The notes under the pieces are model-generated. The model saw only the letters and a program-made list of their open reading frames with translations. It was not told the DNA's origin and did not search any database. A program made the position numbers and the translations under genes. Positions 1 to 7,978 of a stretch of DNA of 64,000 bases are shown here, one piece after another. The stretch lies in contig JAJPIJ010000006.1 in the NCBI GenBank assembly GCA_021324815.1, positions 24,814 through 88,813 on the forward strand, in the 5' to 3' direction. This DNA is from Gammaproteobacteria bacterium. GTDB taxonomy: Bacteria; Pseudomonadota; Gammaproteobacteria; JAJPIJ01. Every line of letters starts with the position of its first letter. The stretch's first letter is position 1.

Positions 1-2
1 TG

Positions 3-452
3 CGCTGGACCGCCGTCATTAGCATAGGGATCGAAGCGGTGGTGTGGTTTGGCTGGATGTGGTGGATCGGCCGCTTCGGCAGCATCGAGGATTTGCGGGC
101 CGCCGATCTTTACATGGGGCCCTATGCGCCCACGGTTTTCTGGAACTGGACCGTCGTAGGCGTCATTGGGCCTCTTGTGCTGCTCGTAACCCCGCTGGGC
201 CGGTGGCGCTGGGCGCAGCTTCTCGCGGCGCTTGGCGTCATGTGGGGCAGCTATGCCGTGCGCATGCTGGTCCTGATCGGCGGAGAGGCATTCATTCGCA
301 GCGGCGCCGGCTATCAGACCTTCACGCCGAGCACTGAGACGTTGCTCTATACCGGCTTCAGCGTGCTTGCGTTTGCTGGCATCTTGGCGGTCCTGCTGCT
401 GGCGCTGCCGGCGGATCGGGCGCCGGAGCTTGGCCCGCCGTCTGCCCGCTGA
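3..452 (+). CDS. C-terminal fragment of a polytopic membrane protein, NrfD/PsrC/TtrC-like quinol-interacting subunit of a molybdoenzyme complex (5' end lies outside the window)
   Basis: Reading frame is open from nt 3 to the stop at 452 with no in-frame stop, so the listed 39..452 ORF is a truncated piece. The sequence is strongly hydrophobic with several predicted TM helices. It sits immediately upstream of a TAT-signal molybdopterin oxidoreductase, which matches ttrBCA-like order. Confidence 0.45.
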   Translation, partial: RWTAVISIGIEAVVWFGWMWWIGRFGSIEDLRAADLYMGPYAPTVFWNWTVVGVIGPLVLLVTPLGRWRWAQLLAALGVMWGSYAVRMLVLIGGEAFIRSGAGYQTFTPSTETLLYTGFSVLAFAGILAVLLLALPADRAPELGPPSAR

Positions 453-480
453 GCGGATAGGAGTCTACAGGAGTGTGCCG

Positions 481-3400
481 ATGATCGACCGCAGAAGTTT
501 TCTTAAGGCCTGTGCCGTGGGCGGCGTCGGCGTCGGGTTCGGCGGGTTTTACGACACCTTCTATCACCTTGTCCCCTTCAACGACCGCGGCCGCAAGGCG
601 CTGCACCGCGTCTACGGCAATTCAAACAGTCCCGAGTGGCTGCGCGATCACGCGACGGGCAAGCTCGCGCATAACCCTGACTGGACGCTGCGCCATACGG
701 TTGACCAGCAATGTCACAGCGAATGCGGCCTCAGGGTGAAGATCGATCGCAAGACCGGCCGGGTGCAGCGCATCATTGGCAACCCCTATCACCCCAACAC
801 GCTGATGGACTATGCGAGCATGGACACTCCCTTGCTCGAGACTGCGGCCCGCTCCGGCACGGTCTGCGCCCGCGGCAACGCCGGTATTCAGTCGGCCTAT
901 GATCCCTATCGCATCACCGTGCCGCTCAAGCGCAAAGGCCCGCGCGGCAGCGGCCAGTGGCAGCCGATCGGTTGGGAGCAGCTGATCCGGGAAGTGACCG
1001 ATGGCGGCAAGATATTCGCCGACACAGGCGATCCCGCGAGCGCGAATCTTGACGTGCTCGGGTTCAAGGGGCTCTACGCGAAGCGCGGGGAACCGATGGA
1101 TCCGAATGCGCCCGAGCTGGGCCACCGTACCAACGGCTACGTCTTCCAAGGCGGACGTATCGTCGGCAGCCGGCTGGACTTCGCCAGGCGCTTCGGTCGG
1201 GCGTTCGGCAGCGTCAATACCTACGAGCACGTGAACGTGTGCGAGGTGAGCCACCACGTGGCGATTGCCCAGGTCTATCCCGGCAAGCACATGACCAAGC
1301 CGGACATCACGGAGGCCGAGTTCATCATTTTCTGGGGCACCCAACCAGGCGATGCGAACTTCCCGATGCAGACCTTCGCCAAGTACACTGCTGAAGCGCG
1401 GGCCAAGCCCGGAGGGCTGAAGTACGTGGTGGTCGACCCCTTGCTCGGGCGAGGGGGCGTGATGGGAGATCGTGCCGCCTGGCTGCCGATCAAGCCCGGC
1501 ACCGACGGAGCGCTGGCGCTCGCGATGATCCGCTGGATCATCGAGAACAGCCGCTATGACGCAGACTACCTGAGCCGGCCCACGCAGAGCGCCGCCGAGG
1601 CGCATGGCGAGCTTTCCCACACCGACGCGAGCCATCTCGTCGTAGACGATCCTCAACACCCTGGGTTCGGTCGATTCCTGACCGCGAAGCTAGCTGGCCT
1701 GGGCGCGGGCCCGAAGGAGCCGGATCTCGATCGCGTGGTGATCGATGCCGGAAGCGGCAAACCGGCAGCAGCAGAGAGCAGCCAACAGGCTGTCATCGAC
1801 TACAGCGGCGAGGTCAACGGCATTCGCGTCAAAAGCGCGTTCGCCAGGCTGCGTGAATCGGCTTCCAAGCACAGCGTGGAAGAGTACGCCCAGATCTGCG
1901 GCATCGACGCGGAGAAGATTGTGGCGCTCGCGCGCGAGTTCACGAGCCACGGTCGCAAGGCGGCCTGCGAGACGTATCGGGGCGTATGCAAGCATCCCAA
2001 CGGCTACTACAACGTCATGGCCGTCCTGATGTTGGACCTGCTGATCGGCAACTTCAACTGGACCGGGGGTCTCACCGTCGGCGGCGGCGAATACGGCTAC
2101 AAGAGTGGCCGTTACGACGTGCTCGGCGTGCCGGAGGCAAAGGGTTTAGCTTACGGCGTGAAGCTCTCGAGGGAAGAGGCGCAGTACGAGGACTCGAGCG
2201 AATACAAGGCCAAGGTCGCTAAGGGCGAGAATGCTTACCCGGCCAAGCGGCCCTGGTTTCCGCTGAGTTTCGAGGTGTACACGGAGCTTTTGCCCTCGGC
2301 GATCCAACGCTACCCTTACGGCGTCGACATTCTCGTCTGGCACATGGCGACGCCGTTCTACAGCGTCCCGGGCCAAGGCAACGAGGGGCTGATCGCGGCA
2401 GTCAAAGATCCCAAGAACATCCCGCTCATCATCGCCTGCGACATCGTCGTCGGTGACACGAGCATGTATGCCGACTACATTGTCCCCGACGGCAGCTTCC
2501 TGGAGCGCTGGTGCCACATCGGAACGCTCCCGACGACCTTGACCAAAGGCAGTGGTGTTCGCTGGCCGGTGATCGAGCTGACCGAGAAGACCCCCGATGG
2601 CCGCCACATCTGTCTCGAGGAGTTCCTGATCGACATAGCCAAGCGCGTGGGCCTTCCTGGGTATGGTGACAAGGCGATCAAGGACGCCGACGGGCGCTGG
2701 TGGCCGCTGAACCGCAAAGAGGACTGGTACCTCAAAGCCACGGCCAACGTGGCCTTCGCGCCCGGCGGGCCCGACGAGCAGGTTCCGGATGTCACCGAGC
2801 TGGAGATGCAGGTCAATGACCTTGGCAGCTTCCACGAAGCCTTTAAAGACGCACTCAAGCCCGAGGAGTGGCCGAAGGTGCTCTCGGTGCTCGCGAAGGG
2901 CGGTCGCATGGAGCCGCGTCGTAATGCGCGTCAAGGCGACAAGCTCACCCACCGCTTCACCAAAACGCTGCACTTCTATGCGGAGGAAGTGGCCCTCACG
3001 CGCAACAGCATGACGGGCGAACGCTTCCTCGGCACCACCGCGTGGGTCGAACCGACAACGGCGCTCGGCACGCCGCTTGACAAGCTTGACGATCCGAAGG
3101 ACTGGCCGCTGACCATCATCACTTTCAAGGGGGCGCTGCAGAGCCATTCGCGGCTTCCATCCAACTACGTGCTGCGCCAGATCATGCCGGACAACGGCAT
3201 TCAGGTGGCGGTCGAGGATGCGCGCCGCCTGGGCATCCGGGACGGCGAGAAGGTCTGGGTGGTCACGCCGCACGGCAAGCGCAAGGGCACGGCGTGCGTG
3301 GTCGAGGGCATTCGCCCCGGCGTAATCACCTTCAGCGTGGGTTACGGTCACTGGGGCTATGGCGCCACTAACTACCAGCTCGGCGGCAAGCGCATTGAGG

Positions 3401-3552
3401 GCGACCGTGTGCGCCGCGCGGGTATTCATCTCAATCCGATCATGCGCCGCGATCCGGATGTCGAGCAGATGGCGTTAATGGATTTGGTCGGCGGTAGCGT
3501 CGTGTTTTTCAACACCCGCGCCCGGCTGGAGAGGGACGGCGCTCATGTCTGA
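481..3552 (+). CDS. Molybdopterin-dependent oxidoreductase catalytic subunit, tetrathionate reductase TtrA-like (1023 aa) with a twin-arginine signal
   Basis: Internal ATG at 481 gives MIDRRSFLKACAVGG, a TAT motif (RRSFLK), and is preceded by GGAG. The GNPYHPN block and overall length (~1020 aa) resemble TtrA. The 367 start of the listed ORF would add an Arg/Cys-rich non-signal N-terminus. Confidence 0.7.
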   Translation: MIDRRSFLKACAVGGVGVGFGGFYDTFYHLVPFNDRGRKALHRVYGNSNSPEWLRDHATGKLAHNPDWTLRHTVDQQCHSECGLRVKIDRKTGRVQRIIGNPYHPNTLMDYASMDTPLLETAARSGTVCARGNAGIQSAYDPYRITVPLKRKGPRGSGQWQPIGWEQLIREVTDGGKIFADTGDPASANLDVLGFKGLYAKRGEPMDPNAPELGHRTNGYVFQGGRIVGSRLDFARRFGRAFGSVNTYEHVNVCEVSHHVAIAQVYPGKHMTKPDITEAEFIIFWGTQPGDANFPMQTFAKYTAEARAKPGGLKYVVVDPLLGRGGVMGDRAAWLPIKPGTDGALALAMIRWIIENSRYDADYLSRPTQSAAEAHGELSHTDASHLVVDDPQHPGFGRFLTAKLAGLGAGPKEPDLDRVVIDAGSGKPAAAESSQQAVIDYSGEVNGIRVKSAFARLRESASKHSVEEYAQICGIDAEKIVALAREFTSHGRKAACETYRGVCKHPNGYYNVMAVLMLDLLIGNFNWTGGLTVGGGEYGYKSGRYDVLGVPEAKGLAYGVKLSREEAQYEDSSEYKAKVAKGENAYPAKRPWFPLSFEVYTELLPSAIQRYPYGVDILVWHMATPFYSVPGQGNEGLIAAVKDPKNIPLIIACDIVVGDTSMYADYIVPDGSFLERWCHIGTLPTTLTKGSGVRWPVIELTEKTPDGRHICLEEFLIDIAKRVGLPGYGDKAIKDADGRWWPLNRKEDWYLKATANVAFAPGGPDEQVPDVTELEMQVNDLGSFHEAFKDALKPEEWPKVLSVLAKGGRMEPRRNARQGDKLTHRFTKTLHFYAEEVALTRNSMTGERFLGTTAWVEPTTALGTPLDKLDDPKDWPLTIITFKGALQSHSRLPSNYVLRQIMPDNGIQVAVEDARRLGIRDGEKVWVVTPHGKRKGTACVVEGIRPGVITFSVGYGHWGYGATNYQLGGKRIEGDRVRRAGIHLNPIMRRDPDVEQMALMDLVGGSVVFFNTRARLERDGAHV

Positions 3553-4192
3553 GCCGAGCCTTTCACGATTGCTCGCGGCAGCGGCGGCCTTGCTGTTGCG
3601 TCCGCCCGACGCCTCCGTCCTGACGGCTCTGGCCGAGAGCAGCGGGATCAATCTTGATCTCGGCCCTGCGCGGCAGGATTTTTATGACGTGTTGTGTGTG
3701 CCCCAATCCGGTCGCTACATCCCGTCCTACGCCCACGTGCTTGCGCAGGGCAGGGTACGCGATGGCGGGTGGTGGCATTTCCCGCCGCCGCGCTTCGACG
3801 GCGGCGATGCCCTCGCGCCTTGGTATGAGGCGGTCGGCTTCGAGCCGATGCGGCTCAACGTCGATCCGATGCTCAAGGGACCCCATCGACCGCTCGACCA
3901 GGCCGGCTTCATGCTCGCCTACCTGGCGGGGCTGGTCGCCAGCCGCGAGACCGATAAGACCGACGGGGCCACCGCCGACGCCATCATCGCTGCTTTCTTG
4001 GCCGAGCATGTGGGGGCCTGGCTGGAGCGTTTCTGCGAGCTTCTCGGCGGCAGCGGAAGTCGGTATCTTCAGGCCGTGGGCGAGGCCGTGGAGGAAGTCG
4101 CGCAGGCTGTTCGTTCATGCTACCCGGCCGCGATTCCCGAAGCGGCATCCCTCACGGTGCCCTGCGTATCTTCGTCACGGAGCGACAGATGA
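3545..4192 (+). CDS. TorD/DmsD-family redox-enzyme maturation chaperone (215 aa)
   Basis: Start overlaps the stop of the upstream molybdoenzyme gene by 8 nt (translational coupling). Size, Ala/Leu-rich helical composition and position after a TAT molybdoenzyme are typical of TorD-family chaperones. Confidence 0.5.
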   Translation: MSEPSLSRLLAAAAALLLRPPDASVLTALAESSGINLDLGPARQDFYDVLCVPQSGRYIPSYAHVLAQGRVRDGGWWHFPPPRFDGGDALAPWYEAVGFEPMRLNVDPMLKGPHRPLDQAGFMLAYLAGLVASRETDKTDGATADAIIAAFLAEHVGAWLERFCELLGGSGSRYLQAVGEAVEEVAQAVRSCYPAAIPEAASLTVPCVSSSRSDR

Positions 4193-4193
4193 G

Positions 4194-4526
4194 CACGCAA
4201 TCAAAGATGACTTAACCGGCTACGCCCGTCATGTCGCGGACACGAAGCCGGCCTTATGGGAAGCCTACGAGAAACTTGGCCAGGCCTGTGCCGAGGCCGG
4301 CCCGCTCACCGGCGCGGCCGTTCATCAGGTCAAGCTGGCGCTCGCCATCGGCGCCGCAGGCGAGGGCGCGGTTCACAGCCATGTCCGGCGCGCGCTCGCC
4401 ACCGGGATCGAGCCGGAGGCGATCCGCCACGTAGCGTACCTTGCCGCCACGACACTCGGTTTTCTGCGCGCCGTTGCCGCCTTGACCTGGATTGAACACG
4501 TGCTGTCAGCGTCCGGTGATGATTGA
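4194..4526 (+). CDS. Carboxymuconolactone decarboxylase (CMD/AhpD-like) domain ORF, start codon unresolved
   Basis: The C-terminal ~110 aa of the 3654..4526 reading frame (…DEHAIKDDLTGYARHVADTKPALWEAYEKLG…IEPEAIRHVAYLAATTLGFLRAV…) looks like a CMD/AhpD fold. The frame is open back to 3654, but there is no ATG/GTG/TTG between nt 4005 and the domain. The domain begins right after the TorD-like stop, in a different frame. Confidence 0.35.
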   Translation, partial: HAIKDDLTGYARHVADTKPALWEAYEKLGQACAEAGPLTGAAVHQVKLALAIGAAGEGAVHSHVRRALATGIEPEAIRHVAYLAATTLGFLRAVAALTWIEHVLSASGDD

Positions 4527-4722
4527 GCTAGAGCGTGTTAACACTAACTGTTTGCCGACTCAGCGTGGCAACGTGAGCCTCTCGAATCTGCGGGTGTTGA
4601 ATGCCATTGTCATGATTCATGGCCTTCATCAACTTCGCACTCATCGCCGATGGACTGCGCGTTAGTGTGAACACGCCCTTGGTCTGGAATTATGACAGGC
4701 GTGTGAAGAAATCAGCATGCCG

Positions 4723-4762
4723 CCGTCATCAAACCGTCATCTTATCGCAATCAGGCTGTCAC
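4723..4762 (+). promoter_or_regulatory. Pho box (PhoB binding site): 7-bp direct repeats at 11-bp periodicity
   Basis: CCGTCAT-caaa-CCGTCAT-ctta-tcgcaat-cagg-CTGTCAC. Three of the four 7-mers match the CTGTCAT/CTGTCAC consensus and the spacers are 4 bp. It ends ~90 bp upstream of the porin start codon at 4854, where a Pho box would replace a -35 element. Confidence 0.5.
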
Positions 4763-4853
4763 GGCGCGTGCTTAGTGTTTCTTGCACAACAACAACCGCA
4801 CACCCGCATGATGCGGAGCCTGTTTTTTAATCCATTTTTTAGAGGAGAAGATC

Positions 4854-6374
4854 ATGCTGCCCAACCGTTCACGTTGCAAACCATTGCTTGGCGCCTTTCT
4901 GGCCGCCTTCACCGCGGCCGCAACGGCGCCAGCGGCCCTCGCCGCCAACAATGACGCCCTGCTGGAGCTGCTGCGGGTGCTCAAGGAGAAGGGCACCATC
5001 GACCAGGCGACCTACGATCAATTGAAGGGTGTCGCCCAGGTCGAGAGCGAGCAGACCACGAAGGAACAGGAGGACATGAAGAAATCCACCAAGGAAGTCG
5101 CCGAAAAGGTCAGCAAGGACGAAAGCAAGCATAGTTGGGTCGACAAGGTCAAGGTCTCGACATTGTTGTACGCGGATTACGCCAACTACTACGAAACCGG
5201 ATTCGGTCCGCAGTTTCTCACCCAGATCAATCCGCCCGGCCCGGGCAACGACGGTTTCAACTCGTTTGACATCACCCGCACCTATCTCAACGTGCTGTTC
5301 ACGCCCAATGACGACTGGACCTTCCGGCTGACGCCCAACATCTACCGCGCGATCGGCTCCAGCACCGCCGACAAGAGCGGAAAAACCGGTGCGATAGGCA
5401 GCAATCTCGATGGCAACCTGAATTTCCGCCTGAAATACGCCTACGTGCAGTACAACAAACTGCTCGACGGCATCGAACCGCTGAAGGGCGGCATGATCAC
5501 GGTCGGCCAGCAGATGAACCCGCTGGTGGACTGGGAGGAGGCGCTGTACGGGTTCCGCTATGTCAATCTGGTGCCGTGGAACTACTTGAGCCTGTCATCG
5601 ACGCAGGTGGGCGTCTCTCTCAAGGGACCCATCAAGTTCAACGGCAGGACCTACGTGGACTACGACTTCGGCGTTTACAACAACGCGGCGTTCCGCACCT
5701 TCGAGCAGACCGATGAAAAACAGGGCATGGTGCGCGTGTCGGTCTACCCCTTTGGCGCCGAGAAGCGGTTCGACGGCCTGGGGCTGACGGGGTTCTACGA
5801 TCGCGGCCACGGCAACGTCACGCCGGACACGACGATCACCACGGCACTCAAGGGACCTGATTCGGACATTGAACGTGTCGCCGCCCTCGTGCATTACACG
5901 ACCAACGACTGGCAGCTCGCCGGTGAATACGACTGGGGCAAGAATGCCTTCACGCCCGGAAACCTGTTCTCCGGCAGCGGTCCCGGCGATGTATTTGGCG
6001 TGGCGACCGGCTTCGCCGATTTCACCACCATGACCAACAACATCCTGAACACGGGGAAGAGCGAGCAGGAAGGGTATGACGTCTTCGGCCACTATCACAT
6101 CCCCGGCACGCCGCTGACGCTGTTCGGCATGTATGAGAAATTCATGCCCAACACGAGGGTCGACCATAATCCGCTCGACTTCGAGCGCTTCGTCGGCGGC
6201 ATCAACTGGGATTACAGCAAGTTCCTGCGGCTGGCGCTGGCCAGCCAGAATTTGTGGTACTCGCATGATCAATTCGACTTCCCCATCACGCCGGGGATAA
6301 GCACGAAGGTCGTCAAGAACGCCGTGCCGGAAGGCATACATGCGATGTTCGTGAACCTTGAGTTCAGTTACTAA
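4854..6374 (+). CDS. Outer-membrane porin, phosphate-selective porin OprO/OprP-like (506 aa) with signal peptide
   Basis: Strong RBS (AGAGGAGAAG). N-terminal signal peptide MLPNRSRCKPLLGAFLAAFTAAATAPAALA. The rest is a long beta-rich, aromatic/Gly-rich sequence typical of a porin barrel. A Pho box lies upstream. Confidence 0.55.
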   Translation: MLPNRSRCKPLLGAFLAAFTAAATAPAALAANNDALLELLRVLKEKGTIDQATYDQLKGVAQVESEQTTKEQEDMKKSTKEVAEKVSKDESKHSWVDKVKVSTLLYADYANYYETGFGPQFLTQINPPGPGNDGFNSFDITRTYLNVLFTPNDDWTFRLTPNIYRAIGSSTADKSGKTGAIGSNLDGNLNFRLKYAYVQYNKLLDGIEPLKGGMITVGQQMNPLVDWEEALYGFRYVNLVPWNYLSLSSTQVGVSLKGPIKFNGRTYVDYDFGVYNNAAFRTFEQTDEKQGMVRVSVYPFGAEKRFDGLGLTGFYDRGHGNVTPDTTITTALKGPDSDIERVAALVHYTTNDWQLAGEYDWGKNAFTPGNLFSGSGPGDVFGVATGFADFTTMTNNILNTGKSEQEGYDVFGHYHIPGTPLTLFGMYEKFMPNTRVDHNPLDFERFVGGINWDYSKFLRLALASQNLWYSHDQFDFPITPGISTKVVKNAVPEGIHAMFVNLEFSY

Positions 6375-6613
6375 CGGACTGCAAACCCCACGGATCGCCC
6401 AGGCACAGGGAGGTGCCTGCGCGGGTTTCAATCCCGCCCGTCCAAGCCAGCGCGTCCGGGCAGTCCCACGGACGCACGGGGGTGATTCCCCACGCCCGGA
6501 CAAGGCGGGTGGCGGTCGCCGTGATGGGCCGCAGAGCCGCCGGGGAAACGGTGGTGCCAGGTCAGGCGCGGGCATGATTCCTGGAATGCTCAGCGGGCCG
6601 CGCGGCGCCCGCG

Positions 6614-7939
6614 TTAACGCAGGTTGCCGATCTGGAAATTGAGCACCGTATTCTGGATCTGGTATTCGTACTTGGCGCGGTTATAGGCGATCTCCGCCTC
6701 GGTTTCGTTGAGTTGCGCCTGCGTCACGTCAATGATGGAGCTCAAGCCGATGTTGTATCGCGACTGGGCGAGATCGAGGGCCTGCGCGGCGTACTCTTTC
6801 AGATGCATGGTGACATCCAGGCTTTCAAAGCCGGCCTTGGTGTCCAGCCACGCGATGCGCACGTCGCGCACCACGCGGTTCTCCGCGTCCGTGAGCAACT
6901 CGTTCACCGAGTCGGCCTTCAGCTTCGCCTGCTCCTCCATGGCGGTGTATTTCCCGCCGTTGAAGATGGGCACGCTGACGTTGATGCCCGCCGCCTCGTA
7001 GGTGTCGCCGAGCCTGGAGTCGCCCACCGGCGTCACGCCCGCCACGGCGAGGAGGTTCACCGTCGGGTAATTGAGCGCCCGCTCGGCCTTGACGAATTTG
7101 AGCGCGGCGTTGTGATCGGCCCGCAGGCTGGCCAGCTCCGGCCTGGCTTCGATGGCGCGGGACAGCAATGCGGCAAGATCGGCCGGCGGCGCCGTCGTGG
7201 TGGCGTTGTCCGCGAGCTGGAAACTGCGCGTGTCGCGGTACCCCATGCTGGTCGACAGGTTGGCGAAGGCGGCCTCCAGGGCGTTCTGCGCCTGGACCAG
7301 GAGCAGCCTGGCCTGTTCGACATTCACCTTCGCGAAACTGACGTCGAGCTCGGACTTGAGCTTGTTTTGCGCCAGCAGCGTGACCCTGGTCAGCAGCAAC
7401 TGCCGTGTGTCCAGGGTTTGCGAGGCCACCTTCACGATGGCCTGCGCCTCCAGCGCCCGGTAGTAGGCCTGGCTGACTTCGAGCAGGATTTGCGCGCGCT
7501 CGGTGTTGAACTGTTCCTCCCGCGACGCCGAGGTGTAGCGTGAACTGTCCACCAGGTTCCTGGTGCGCCCGAAGTCGGTGACCAGCTGATCCACCATCAA
7601 GCCGTTGGATTCCCGCGACAGCACGGTGGGATTGTTCAATCCGCCCGCGGCAATCCGCGTGTCGATGGTGGTGGGAACGCCGTTCCTGTCGCGCGTGAAA
7701 CTGTCGGCGCCGGCCGCCGTGACGCTGGCGGACACGAGCGGGTAATAAGCCGACTCCACTTCGCGGGTCGCCGCCTGCGCCTCGGACACGGCCAGTCTCG
7801 CCGCCCGGATGCGCGGCTGGTTCTCAAGGGCTATCGCCTGCGCCTCCTTGAGGGTCAGGGCCCGGGGAGGCACGTCGGCGGCCGGGGCATGCGGGGAAAG
7901 CAACAGCGCCACAGCGAACATCGGGACATGGTATTTCAT
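6614..7939 (-). CDS. TolC-family outer membrane efflux factor (OMF) of an RND system
   Basis: 441 aa with signal peptide (MKYHVPMFAVALLLSPHAPAA). Two helical-repeat halves and composition are typical of TolC/OprM-family proteins. It is the last gene of the MFP-RND operon on the minus strand. Confidence 0.8.
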   Translation of the reverse strand: MKYHVPMFAVALLLSPHAPAADVPPRALTLKEAQAIALENQPRIRAARLAVSEAQAATREVESAYYPLVSASVTAAGADSFTRDRNGVPTTIDTRIAAGGLNNPTVLSRESNGLMVDQLVTDFGRTRNLVDSSRYTSASREEQFNTERAQILLEVSQAYYRALEAQAIVKVASQTLDTRQLLLTRVTLLAQNKLKSELDVSFAKVNVEQARLLLVQAQNALEAAFANLSTSMGYRDTRSFQLADNATTTAPPADLAALLSRAIEARPELASLRADHNAALKFVKAERALNYPTVNLLAVAGVTPVGDSRLGDTYEAAGINVSVPIFNGGKYTAMEEQAKLKADSVNELLTDAENRVVRDVRIAWLDTKAGFESLDVTMHLKEYAAQALDLAQSRYNIGLSSIIDVTQAQLNETEAEIAYNRAKYEYQIQNTVLNFQIGNLR

Positions 7940-7978
7940 AACGCTGATCCATCCCTTCTCGGACGTGGCGGGCGCGGA

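Noticed and set aside
622-3429. Long minus-strand ORFs (622..1659, 2146..3429) inside the TtrA-like gene
   Set aside because: These are antisense shadow ORFs typical of high-GC DNA. The plus-strand protein has clear molybdoenzyme features, and they do not.
3654-4526. 290-aa ORF as a single gene overlapping the TorD-like gene
   Set aside because: The first ~180 aa are Arg/Ser/Pro-rich out-of-frame translation of the TorD-like gene. Only the C-terminal CMD-like part looks like a real domain.
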